Source: Thermodesulfobacteriota bacterium (lineage in GTDB: Bacteria; Desulfobacterota; WTBG01; JAGOGO01). From it: a DNA stretch of 32,000 nucleotides. The DNA lies in contig CP113000.1 in assembly GCA_026625185.1 (NCBI GenBank), forward strand, positions 420,001 through 452,000, written 5' to 3'. Positions 17,130 to 25,226 of the stretch are shown piece by piece (position 1 is the first letter of the stretch; every line of letters starts with the position of its first letter). The notes under the pieces are model-generated. The model saw only the letters and a program-made list of their open reading frames with translations. It made no database searches and was not told the origin of the DNA. The position numbers were made by a program, and so were the translations under genes.

Positions 17130-18247
17130 AAGGACTTTCTGAATATTCGATATTTTTTGTATCTTTTTGCGCCGGCTTCCTCTATCAGAGAGTTGATCGA
17201 CTCGTTGTCCTCCAGGGTCCAGCCCATTTCCAGATACTGATATTTCTTTTGTTTCCTCGCGATCTCATAGATGTGGTGAAAGGCAAGCATGGGGATTCCA
17301 AGCTCCCGGTATTCCTCCTTGATCCCGAACATCAAACACCTCAGTCCCCTGATCTCCCGTCGATACAACAGGAACTTCAGCATACCCAGGAGACCGATCC
17401 GGCCGTTGAAACGCTTGAGCAAAGGGTTAATGTCGGGAAAGATCACGCAGACCGCTGCGGGTTCATTTTCAAAATAGATGAAAAAAGCCAAATCCGGATC
17501 CGCGAATGCCATTACGCTCTTTTGAATGTCCTTCATCTCGTTATCGCTCAGGGGAACGAAACCCCAGTTACCAGACCAGGAGTCATTGTAAATTTTTCTG
17601 ATCAGGGCAAACTCGGCATCCTCCTCTTCTGGACGAAAGCGCCTGATGTGGATACCCTTTTTCCTGACTATTCGTTCAGCCAGACGGTCCATCCACTCAG
17701 GAAGGCGGTAATCGCCGTCTATCAGGAAAGCCAGCAGGTCCTTTTCTTTGCTGAAACCGCACGATTCGACCAGCCCGGGGTAGTACGGCGGGGTGTAGGA
17801 CATCATCAGGGCAGGCGGATACTCGAAGCCCTCAATAAGCAAGCCCACCTCGTAATTGGTGGACGGGCTGAGCGGGCCTCTCAAGAAGGTCATGCCCTTC
17901 TGATGAACCCACGTCTCCACCGAAGAGAAGAGGGCCGCCGCGGCCTCCGGATCGTCAGCGCATTCGAAGAATCCCCAAATGCCCATCTTTTCGAAGTGGA
18001 ACTGGTTATAATGATCATCTATAATGCCCGCAATCCTTCCCACCGTCTCCGAACCGCGTCGGGCCAGAAAGAGGATGCGCTCGGAAAATTCCCAGAACGG
18101 GTGACTGCGGGGGTCCAGCAACCGGCGAACCTCTTTCTTGAGGGGAGGAACCCAGTTGGGGTGCCCAGCATAGATTCTCCATGGCAGGCCAATGAAGTCC
18201 TTTAATTCCGATTTTCCTTCCACAGTAGTGATTTCCATGCCAGCCAT
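17126..18247 (-). CDS. GNAT-fold N-acyltransferase-like protein (two-lobed, about 370-aa family)
   Basis: 373 aa. The N-terminal LPWRIYAGHPNWVPPL block and C-terminal YRELGIPMLAF...LEMGWTLEDNESINSLIE block match, from memory, a widespread family annotated only as GNAT N-acetyltransferase. First gene of the operon. Confidence 0.5.
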   Translation of the reverse strand: MAGMEITTVEGKSELKDFIGLPWRIYAGHPNWVPPLKKEVRRLLDPRSHPFWEFSERILFLARRGSETVGRIAGIIDDHYNQFHFEKMGIWGFFECADDPEAAAALFSSVETWVHQKGMTFLRGPLSPSTNYEVGLLIEGFEYPPALMMSYTPPYYPGLVESCGFSKEKDLLAFLIDGDYRLPEWMDRLAERIVRKKGIHIRRFRPEEEDAEFALIRKIYNDSWSGNWGFVPLSDNEMKDIQKSVMAFADPDLAFFIYFENEPAAVCVIFPDINPLLKRFNGRIGLLGMLKFLLYRREIRGLRCLMFGIKEEYRELGIPMLAFHHIYEIARKQKKYQYLEMGWTLEDNESINSLIEEAGAKRYKKYRIFRKSL

Positions 18248-18286
18248 GATAATTCTTTCGAGTAGTTATTACTGAAAAAAAGTTTT

Positions 18287-18316
18287 ATAATAGCACCTAT
18301 GAGTTACTAAAAGCAA
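18287..18316 (-). promoter_or_regulatory. Candidate sigma70-type promoter for the megasynthase operon
   Basis: On the minus strand: TTGCTT (18311-18316), 18-nt spacer, TATTAT (18287-18292), about 40 nt upstream of ATG 18247 in a 97-nt AT-rich gap. Pattern match only. Confidence 0.25.
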
Positions 18317-18344
18317 ATTATTTTTTGTATCCTCTTCCATGTCC

Positions 18345-19643
18345 TTACTTATATATAAAGTTAAACAATTTATTTGCTTTTTCTTTATCCAAATCTTTCA
18401 AAATCTTATATTCCTCCACGGCTGAGCCTTTGTCTCCAAGTATGAGGTAGGTTGCGCCCAGGGCATAGTGCGCCTCGGCAGATTCCGGTTGAACGCGGAT
18501 AGCCTGTTTGTAAGCTTCTACTGCGTCCTGATAGCGGTCGAGGTGGGCATAAGCCAGGGCCAGGTTACAGTGGGCTTCGCCCAAATCCGGTTTAAGACGG
18601 ATAGCTTCTTTATAAGCTTCTACTGCGTCCTGATAGCGACCGAGATAGTCATAAGCCGTTCCCAGACAAAAGTATGCTTTTACGGAAAAAGGATTTTTTT
18701 GCACTGCCTTTTCAAAATAAGGAATCGCTTTTTCATAATCTTCAGCCAAATAATACGATAGGCCTTTTTTAAAAAGCCCTTCTGCTTCAGGTATGCCTTC
18801 TGTTTGTCGTTTGGCATTCCATTCGGCAACTGTCCTGGCTTTGGATGGTGTCAACTGATTTATTCTTTGACCCGGCAGGGCAAAGTTTAGGTTATGGCCT
18901 GTAACTCTTTGGAAGGTGGCAACCCCAAGAACCTCACCTTTCATATTTACTACCGGGCTTCCGCTTGAACCAGGAGAGATTGGAGCGGTTATCTGAAAGA
19001 TTTTTCCGAATGCAGGAATGTCCCGAACCGCAGAGACAATGCAATCAGAGACGGCCTTTTCAAGGCCGAGGGGACTTCGGATGACAATAACCTTTTCCCC
19101 GACCTCGGGAATGGATTTACTAAGTGACAGGGGAATCACTTCCTGGGCAGGAATCTTCACTGAGAACTTGATAAGGTCTCCATCTTCGTCCTCAGCAAGA
19201 ATTGCCTCCAGTGGAAAGAGGTTCCCGGAAGCAGTTTTTATTTCCGCCCGGCCCGCACCTTCAAGCACATGCCGGTTGGTGATAACATCTCCTTGCTGAT
19301 TGATAAAAAAGCCGCTTCCCTGGGCGAGCGGCTTATTGTCTGGAGTGTAGGTAATGATGGAAACGACGGATGGGGAAACCTTTCTAATAATGGCAGGCTG
19401 ATTTTCCTGAGCAAGGGCTGAGCCATAAACCGGAATGCAAAAAACAAACAAGAGCATCAAACCCGCGTTAAACCTGTTTATTAAGGTTCTTGTCTTCCCT
19501 CCTTTCGGGACGGAAAATTTTTTCGTCTCCCTCACTCCTAACTTCGAATTAATCCAAGAAAAAGGTTGTTTGGGCCCTTTCATGCTCATAATTGCCAGCT
19601 TCGTATGTCTAAAAAATTTTAAAACTTTTACGGTTCTGTTCAT
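18345..19643 (-). CDS. Trypsin-like (S1C/DegP-type) serine protease with C-terminal TPR repeats
   Basis: GSGFFINQQGDVITNRHV (His), GSSGSPV (Ser). Signal/anchor LMLLFVFCIPVYGSALA. Three or more TPR units (AYFCLGTAYDYLGRYQDAVEAYKEAIRLKP...). Start placed at ATG 19643, which forms a TAATG overlap with the upstream stop; the ORF track extends to 19661. Confidence 0.85.
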   Translation of the reverse strand: MNRTVKVLKFFRHTKLAIMSMKGPKQPFSWINSKLGVRETKKFSVPKGGKTRTLINRFNAGLMLLFVFCIPVYGSALAQENQPAIIRKVSPSVVSIITYTPDNKPLAQGSGFFINQQGDVITNRHVLEGAGRAEIKTASGNLFPLEAILAEDEDGDLIKFSVKIPAQEVIPLSLSKSIPEVGEKVIVIRSPLGLEKAVSDCIVSAVRDIPAFGKIFQITAPISPGSSGSPVVNMKGEVLGVATFQRVTGHNLNFALPGQRINQLTPSKARTVAEWNAKRQTEGIPEAEGLFKKGLSYYLAEDYEKAIPYFEKAVQKNPFSVKAYFCLGTAYDYLGRYQDAVEAYKEAIRLKPDLGEAHCNLALAYAHLDRYQDAVEAYKQAIRVQPESAEAHYALGATYLILGDKGSAVEEYKILKDLDKEKANKLFNFIYK

Positions 19644-20200
19644 TAGAAAAAGTGTTGCCAAACATACTCAACAACTGACACCCCCATGAATGCGACAAGG
19701 GACCAGTAAATGTTGCCAATTATAAGACTCGAAAAAAATATCTTCCAATCCCGCCTGCCCAAGCCATTATATTGATGACTTCCGTGACGCATGTATGCGG
19801 TGATAATAAAGGCATCGTATCTCATTGAAAGAAAAAGCAAAACAACCGCGTCGCTTTTGCGGAGAATCCAGGAAGTGAACCTGCGAATCTTACTATTGCC
19901 GCTGTAGTCCTTCAGCCCCTTTATTGCCTCAATGCCGAGCCAATCTCTTCGTGACCAGTCGTAAAAAATTAACAATAGATAGTAAATAAAACCAGAAAGA
20001 ACTGTCATCATGAGACCGCCTTTGATGAGTCCCATTTTCCAAATTACGAATGGATATAGCAGATAGTCAAAAAAGTAGCCAAATATAAAGGTTTTGACCA
20101 AAATTCCCAGCGTAAGAATCCCAACTTTTTCCTTTATAGGCACAACCCTTTTGGTTGGTAAAGCTTGCGATACTTCGTGCCCTTTATTTTGTGGGTTCAT
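19643..20200 (-). CDS. Hypothetical integral membrane protein
   Basis: About 4 predicted TM helices. The ORF-track start (20338) is a TTG preceding a non-hydrophobic, Cys/His/Arg-rich leader. First ATG at 20200 (MNPQNKG). No family recognised. Confidence 0.5.
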   Translation of the reverse strand: MNPQNKGHEVSQALPTKRVVPIKEKVGILTLGILVKTFIFGYFFDYLLYPFVIWKMGLIKGGLMMTVLSGFIYYLLLIFYDWSRRDWLGIEAIKGLKDYSGNSKIRRFTSWILRKSDAVVLLFLSMRYDAFIITAYMRHGSHQYNGLGRRDWKIFFSSLIIGNIYWSLVAFMGVSVVEYVWQHFF

Positions 20201-20373
20201 AACAGGTCTTATTAACTCACTTTCATAATGTTTCAGTCCACGATTGCGTGTCGCTCCACTATGTCTGTGGCATTTGTCTGAGACGTTACAGGCATTACCC
20301 CGGATAACACTGGGTATACGACTTGTGATTACAGGCAAAATGTGCCGCCACCCAGCCGTTGATTATTACCCCC

Positions 20374-20964
20374 CTATTCTAATTTTGACAGTTTAATTAT
20401 TTTTTTCAAAAACCTGTTTACATTCCAAAACCAAAACTTACCGGATTTGAAATAAAACTTTTCCGTTGTTCCGTCATCATTGTTTTTGACGCCAATAAAC
20501 GTAGGGGTTTTCTTAATACCAAGCTGTTGGCTGATTGCGCTATCTTGGTCGGGGAAAAGAGGAAAAGATACTTTATACCTCGCCCGAAATAAATCAACTT
20601 CGTTAGTGCCATTGTTCACGATGCCAATTATCTTAATTTTTTCTTTCAGGTCGGGGCGGGCTTGAATTGCCAGGTAAAGTTCGTTAACCTTTGGGGCAGC
20701 ATTCTGGCAGTGGCGGCAATCCGTGCTGAAAACTTCAATAATAATCACCGGGCTTTTAATTTGCCTAATCTTAAACTTTCCCGAACCTGATATTCCCAGG
20801 TAATTCTTTTCCGCATCATTTTGAGGGATCGGAAGTTCAAAAACCGGAAAAGGTGTTTTTTTATCTGAGGCTAATGAGATCTTCACCAGAGATACGCACC
20901 ATAACAAAATTATTGCGATAAGATAAAAGAAGATGGCACTTCCTTGAGAGCCAGATAACCTCAT
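20374..20964 (-). CDS. TlpA-like thioredoxin-fold thiol:disulfide oxidoreductase, membrane-anchored
   Basis: 196 aa. N-terminal TM anchor. CxxC motif in FSTDCRHCQNAAP. The downstream thioredoxin-fold pattern contains no cis-Pro-type K(T)PT motif that I could pin down. Confidence 0.7.
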   Translation of the reverse strand: MRLSGSQGSAIFFYLIAIILLWCVSLVKISLASDKKTPFPVFELPIPQNDAEKNYLGISGSGKFKIRQIKSPVIIIEVFSTDCRHCQNAAPKVNELYLAIQARPDLKEKIKIIGIVNNGTNEVDLFRARYKVSFPLFPDQDSAISQQLGIKKTPTFIGVKNNDDGTTEKFYFKSGKFWFWNVNRFLKKIIKLSKLE

Positions 20965-21176
20965 TGCTTCACCTTCCTTGGCGAGATGGTTGTTTATTTT
21001 AATTACTTTTTTATTATATCATTTCTTGTGGGGAAAAAATTTTAATTCATAAGCACCAGAAATGAATTGTTTCCCCGTCCCCCAAGTCCACGCTGTGGAA
21101 TCATGTCCTTAACTCCTCACTCATCTGAGCGAGTTTTAAAACTCTTTCACAAGGTATATGAAGCTTTACCAAAAAA

Positions 21177-21650
21177 CTACTTTGAAGATTGAATGCTTCT
21201 GCGGATACGCTTATCGAGACTCAGGACTTTCCGATCGCAGAAAAAAACCTGAAGGGCAACAAAAAAAATGACCAAATCCTGGAGCAATAAGCGGATACTG
21301 ATTTTCGGTACAACCCACGGGAGCAAGCAACCACAGTTTATATCAATTCCTCTTACTAAAGCAGATCCCTTGGCAAACAAAAACATTATGATTAATAGGT
21401 TGATGATAAGGATACTTCCTTCCGTCAAGAATCCCAAAAGGAGAAATATTCCAGAAAATAATTCTAACCAAGGAAGAATTAAAGCAAAAAGGTTCACCAT
21501 AAAAAGCGGCAAAAGTTTATAATCCATAGCTGCCAGTGCAAAAATACCCGGATGAAGAATTTTATAGAAGCTGGCGTAAATAAAAATAATCCCTAAGACT
21601 ATTCTTCCAAGTAGCGCTGTATAAGGATGAACGATGATTTTTTTAATCAC
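21177..21650 (-). CDS. MauE/DoxX-family redox-associated membrane protein
   Basis: 157 aa, 4 TM helices, conserved DINCGCL motif (CGC). 8-nt overlap with the rhodanese gene. Confidence 0.7.
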   Translation of the reverse strand: MIKKIIVHPYTALLGRIVLGIIFIYASFYKILHPGIFALAAMDYKLLPLFMVNLFALILPWLELFSGIFLLLGFLTEGSILIINLLIIMFLFAKGSALVRGIDINCGCLLPWVVPKISIRLLLQDLVIFFVALQVFFCDRKVLSLDKRIRRSIQSSK

Positions 21651-22131
21651 CTTCCCCCTCCTTTTCCAACGGCATATTCTTTTGGGTCCACTCTCCCCAT
21701 CCTCCTTTATAAACTTTCACATCTTTGTATCCTTTTGCGTTGAGTAAAAAAGCAATGTTTTTAGCATAAGAGCATTCGATCCCACCACAATAAACAATGA
21801 TCTCCTGGCTAAAGGAAATTTGTTTCATAACTTCTGGTAATTTTTCCGAAAATTCATGGTAGGGAATATTTATTGCCCACGGAATATGTTCTTTTTTAAA
21901 TTCTTCCGGAGAACGAACATCAATGAGGATAATACCCGACTTTTTAAATTTTCCTTTCATAACCTCAAAGGAAACGGTAGGTTCTTGGTTGTTTTTTGTT
22001 GAAAAAGAAATAGATGCGGGCTTAAGCTGGACAAGTGGAAGGCTATCAGAACGAAATAAATTGGTTAAAAGAGCAAAGGACACGGCAATAAAAAAAATTA
22101 TTGCACCCTCTGATAAATTTTTTTTATTCAT
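21643..22131 (-). CDS. Rhodanese-domain protein, N-terminally membrane-anchored
   Basis: 162 aa. TM anchor, then ILIDVRSPEEFKKEHIPWAINIP and active-site loop VYCGGIECS. Confidence 0.75.
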   Translation of the reverse strand: MNKKNLSEGAIIFFIAVSFALLTNLFRSDSLPLVQLKPASISFSTKNNQEPTVSFEVMKGKFKKSGIILIDVRSPEEFKKEHIPWAINIPYHEFSEKLPEVMKQISFSQEIIVYCGGIECSYAKNIAFLLNAKGYKDVKVYKGGWGEWTQKNMPLEKEGEGD

Positions 22132-22305
22132 ATCAAAATTAACTTTTACAGTTAACCCCTATTTTTTGTAATGATTTTTTGGTTAAAATAAATGTTTTAA
22201 AAATACCTTAATCAACATAATGTCAATATCTTGAACAAGGTTCGTACTCATTTTTCAGAACCTCTTTCTGTATGCTTGTATGTATTTTTCATGATGTTTT
22301 AACTT

Positions 22306-22329
22306 AATGTCTTCTGTAATGTCTTCTGA
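22306..22329. repeat. Tandem 12-mer (AATGTCTTCTGT / AATGTCTTCTGA)
   Basis: Read directly; two adjacent copies with one mismatch inside the 555-bp non-coding gap. Confidence 0.6.
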
Positions 22330-22384
22330 AAATTATCTCCATAAAAATAAGAGGCTGTCTCAAAAGAAAAATTCACTACAGAGG

Positions 22385-22445
22385 CACTGAGGCACAGAGA
22401 AATTTATTGTTGATTTGCAATTTTTTGTGTCTTTGTATCTCAGTG
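22385..22445. repeat. Imperfect inverted repeat (CACTGAGGCACAGAGA ... TGTGTCTTTGTATCTCAGTG)
   Basis: Arms of about 16 nt match at about 13 positions by eye and are separated by about 25 nt of AT-rich loop. No ORF is associated. Confidence 0.5.
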
Positions 22446-22686
22446 GTGAACATTTCCTTTATGACTGAAAGCTCCTTTTAAAGCTCAGCCGCTGTATTTG
22501 GGAATCCTTAAAATCTTTTATCAAACTTTACCACTCCAGGGGCCTTCATAGCTATCCAAACCTTTGCAGATTTATTGAGATTCTATCCCCAGGGGCATGC
22601 CCTGGTCCCCCCCGATGGTTTTTCTATGGCAACGCAAAATACATTATTCTACTTGAACTGAAAATAAATCAATGCAACGGCTCCCA

Positions 22687-23307
22687 TCAGACAAGGTTCT
22701 CTGCGGCGAAATCCCAATTAATCAGTTTGTCCAGCACGGCGTTGACATAGTCCGCGCGTGGGTTCTGGTAATCCAGGTAGTAGGCGTGTTCCCATACGTC
22801 GATGGTTAATAACGGTTTCATGCCTGTTGTCAAAGGGAGATCGGCATTGGCCGTCTTTACTACCTTGAGCTTATCGCCGTCTTGAACAAGCCATACCCAG
22901 CCGCTGCCGAACTGGGCTATTGCCGCAGTCGACAACTCCTTCCTGCAGGCATCCACGCTGCCGAAGGATGCCGTTATTTTCAGCTTCAGTGCGGCGGGCA
23001 GTTCGCCTCCACCCTTCGGTTTCAGACTGCGCCAATAAAACGTGTGGTTCCATGTTTGCGCTGCATTATTGAAGATCGGGGCCTTGTCAGCTTTGCCGGC
23101 TGTCTTGGTAATGATTTTCTCCAATGGCAGGTCCGCAAACTCAGTTCCTGCTACCCATTTGTTCAGGTTATCGACATATCCCTTGTGATGCTTTCCATAG
23201 TGGAAACCAATTGTATTTGCAGAGATTACAGGGCTCAGCGCGTTATCCGCGTAGGGCAGGGGCGGTAGGACATGCGAAGATACACTTTTGATCTGGTCAT
23301 TGTTCAT
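22687..23307 (-). CDS. sodB: Iron-type superoxide dismutase
   Basis: [35 protein letters not shown] (Fe-type, as in E. coli SodB AAQVWNHTFYW), [13 protein letters not shown]. Start moved to the second ATG (23307) because GGGAGGA lies 6 nt upstream of it; the ORF-track start at 23322 would sit inside that SD. Confidence 0.95.
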   Translation of the reverse strand: MNNDQIKSVSSHVLPPLPYADNALSPVISANTIGFHYGKHHKGYVDNLNKWVAGTEFADLPLEKIITKTAGKADKAPIFNNAAQTWNHTFYWRSLKPKGGGELPAALKLKITASFGSVDACRKELSTAAIAQFGSGWVWLVQDGDKLKVVKTANADLPLTTGMKPLLTIDVWEHAYYLDYQNPRADYVNAVLDKLINWDFAAENLV

Positions 23308-23329
23308 TATTTTTCCTCCCATGAAAAAG

Positions 23330-23352
23330 CTTCAGTCAACAGAAAACTGAAG
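23330..23352 (-). promoter_or_regulatory. Perfect 7-bp stem hairpin just upstream of the sodB ribosome-binding site
   Basis: CTTCAGT (23330-23336) and ACTGAAG (23346-23352) with a 9-nt loop. Function unknown. Confidence 0.25.
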
Positions 23353-23512
23353 GCAAGTTTATCTTTTTGACATGGATGATGATCACGTTAACCTCCCATT
23401 CGAGCTCGATCGCTCAACATTCTGGTTCAAATAAGGCGTCCCGATCTCCAAAACGATTTCCCAATTAATCAAGGAATATGCGGGCTTACCTTATCTCTTC
23501 GACCATCAATGC

Positions 23513-24663
23513 CTGTCAACTTTATCATCCCTCTCTGTTTCAAATAACCCTTCAGGCGCTAACGCCTATTAATCTCAATGGATCATAAGCCTTCTTGCTT
23601 TTTAATACTCCGTACGCAATCGTTAAAAGTTTCCTTGCTACCGCTACAATTGCTATCTTCTTTCCCCGCCGCTTCATGATCCGCTCAAAAAACTCCCGCA
23701 ACGGCCGGGATCCATAACTGCTCATACGCGCTATCACATGAGCACATTGTAACAATACCCGCCTGACTTCCTGACGACCATCCCGATTGATCCTCCCCAA
23801 ATGCGTAATTCCCCCACTCTGATATATCCGCGGGGTTAATGCCCCATACTTCGCAACACATTTCTTGCTGTCAAACCGCCCGGCATCATCCAAAGCGCTA
23901 ATGATCACCCGCGATGACAATCTGCCAAGGCTGGGTATGCTCTCCAATAACTCTATCCTCTTATCCCTTATCGCCCCAATCTCTTTCGTCAGCTTCTCCT
24001 CTGCTCTCAGTAAACTATCAATACTATCCATGAAGCTCTCGATAATCAGTTTCTGTACCTCCCCTATCTTTATCCCTTTAAGCCTCTCCCGCCAGTGCTT
24101 GCTCTGAAAAAATTTCTCCGGCAGACTATGTCCTTCTTGTTTCATCTGACCGCGGATACTGTTGATCAAAGCCACCCGCTTACCCTGTAACCGCTGCCTT
24201 GCACTGATCAACTCCCGCAACTCCCGTATCTTTCCCCCCACAATATGAACTTTCCGCGGCAACATATCCCCCCGTCCCAGGTGTGCCAGCTTGCAGGCAT
24301 CTATATTGTCCGTCTTGCCGCTGCTTTGATTGATCCACTTAATCTCGTTGGGATGAACCACGTGAATTTCTACTCCTTCCATCTCTTGCAACGTCTTCGC
24401 TATCCACTTTAACTGATTGCCCGCCTCGAATATCACCAGCTTTTTCTGAACCCCCAAACCTTTTATTAAACCCTTTAGTCCTGCACCGGTCGGCGCTATC
24501 TCCCCAGTTACCAAAACCCGTTTCTTTTCGTTAATACCGTGGACAATAAAACTCTTGCTACTTATGTCCATTCCAAGGTATATCATATTTGCCCCCTTTC
24601 GTTGGTTGGTTCTTTGTTTTTTTACCTAACCAACTGTTGCGCCTTCGGGCTTAACTGTCAACT
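23513..24663 (-). mobile_element. IS110-family insertion sequence (boundaries tentative)
   Basis: The transposase is flanked by the 9-mer CTGTCAACT at 23513-23521 and 24655-24663. IS110 elements lack classical terminal inverted repeats, so the ends cannot be fixed from one copy. Confidence 0.45.
23552..24586 (-). CDS. IS110-family transposase (DEDD N-terminal domain plus Transposase_20 C-terminal domain)
   Basis: 344 aa. MIYLGMDISSKSF start. C-terminal SIPSLGRLSSRVIISALDDAGRFDSKKCVAKYGALTPRIYQSGG, typical of IS110/IS116/IS902 transposases. Confidence 0.9.
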   Translation of the reverse strand: MIYLGMDISSKSFIVHGINEKKRVLVTGEIAPTGAGLKGLIKGLGVQKKLVIFEAGNQLKWIAKTLQEMEGVEIHVVHPNEIKWINQSSGKTDNIDACKLAHLGRGDMLPRKVHIVGGKIRELRELISARQRLQGKRVALINSIRGQMKQEGHSLPEKFFQSKHWRERLKGIKIGEVQKLIIESFMDSIDSLLRAEEKLTKEIGAIRDKRIELLESIPSLGRLSSRVIISALDDAGRFDSKKCVAKYGALTPRIYQSGGITHLGRINRDGRQEVRRVLLQCAHVIARMSSYGSRPLREFFERIMKRRGKKIAIVAVARKLLTIAYGVLKSKKAYDPLRLIGVSA

Positions 24664-24783
24664 GACGTTTGGGGGCTTTTTCATAGTATCTCCTATATTG
24701 TGTTGTAAAAGCCTATTGGCTTGTGCTTAAGCGGAATCCTGCCAAGTCCCTGTTCTTCTCGAGGACGGCGAACAGCCCACTCA

Positions 24784-25176
24784 CTATTCAGTCGTTTTAC
24801 CGTCAAAGTGTTCTTTGTCATTCTCCGCTTCGGCGCGGGTATAATGGACAATGCCGTCCTGATGATTCGGCGGCGCATAGAGCGTATAGAGCTTCAGTGG
24901 AATACTGCCGGTATTGATGATGTTGTGATTCATCCCAGCCGGGACGATCATGGCGAAGCCCGCCCTGATCAACGTGTGGACCCAATCGAGAACGACCTCG
25001 CCCGTCCCTTTCTCCACGCGAAAGAACTGATCGAGCGTGTGCACTTCCATCCCGATCTCTTCCTTGGGTTTCAACGCCATGACAACAAGCTGACAGTTCT
25101 TAGCTGTGTAAAGTACCCGGCGAAATTTCTCATTCTTTACGGTGATCTCTTCGATGTTTTGGATAAAACCTTTCAT
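24784..25176 (-). CDS. Cupin-domain protein
   Basis: 130 aa. Conserved-barrel pattern GMEVHTLDQFFRVEKGTGEVVLD...IVPAGMNHNIINTG. Confidence 0.75.
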   Translation of the reverse strand: MKGFIQNIEEITVKNEKFRRVLYTAKNCQLVVMALKPKEEIGMEVHTLDQFFRVEKGTGEVVLDWVHTLIRAGFAMIVPAGMNHNIINTGSIPLKLYTLYAPPNHQDGIVHYTRAEAENDKEHFDGKTTE

Positions 25177-25226
25177 AATAACTCCTTTGGTTGACGATAT
25201 TAAACATCGTCGTTAGTTAGATTGCC

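Noticed and set aside
17249-18205. 318-aa plus-strand ORF antisense to the GNAT-like gene.
   Set aside because: It is a shadow ORF. The minus-strand frame has family-like conserved blocks and operon-consistent coupling, whereas the plus-strand translation has no recognisable features.
22589-22605. GC palindrome CCAGGGGCATGCCCTGG about 80 nt downstream of sodB, considered as its terminator.
   Set aside because: On the minus-strand transcript it is not followed by a U-tract, and the stem is only about 6 bp.
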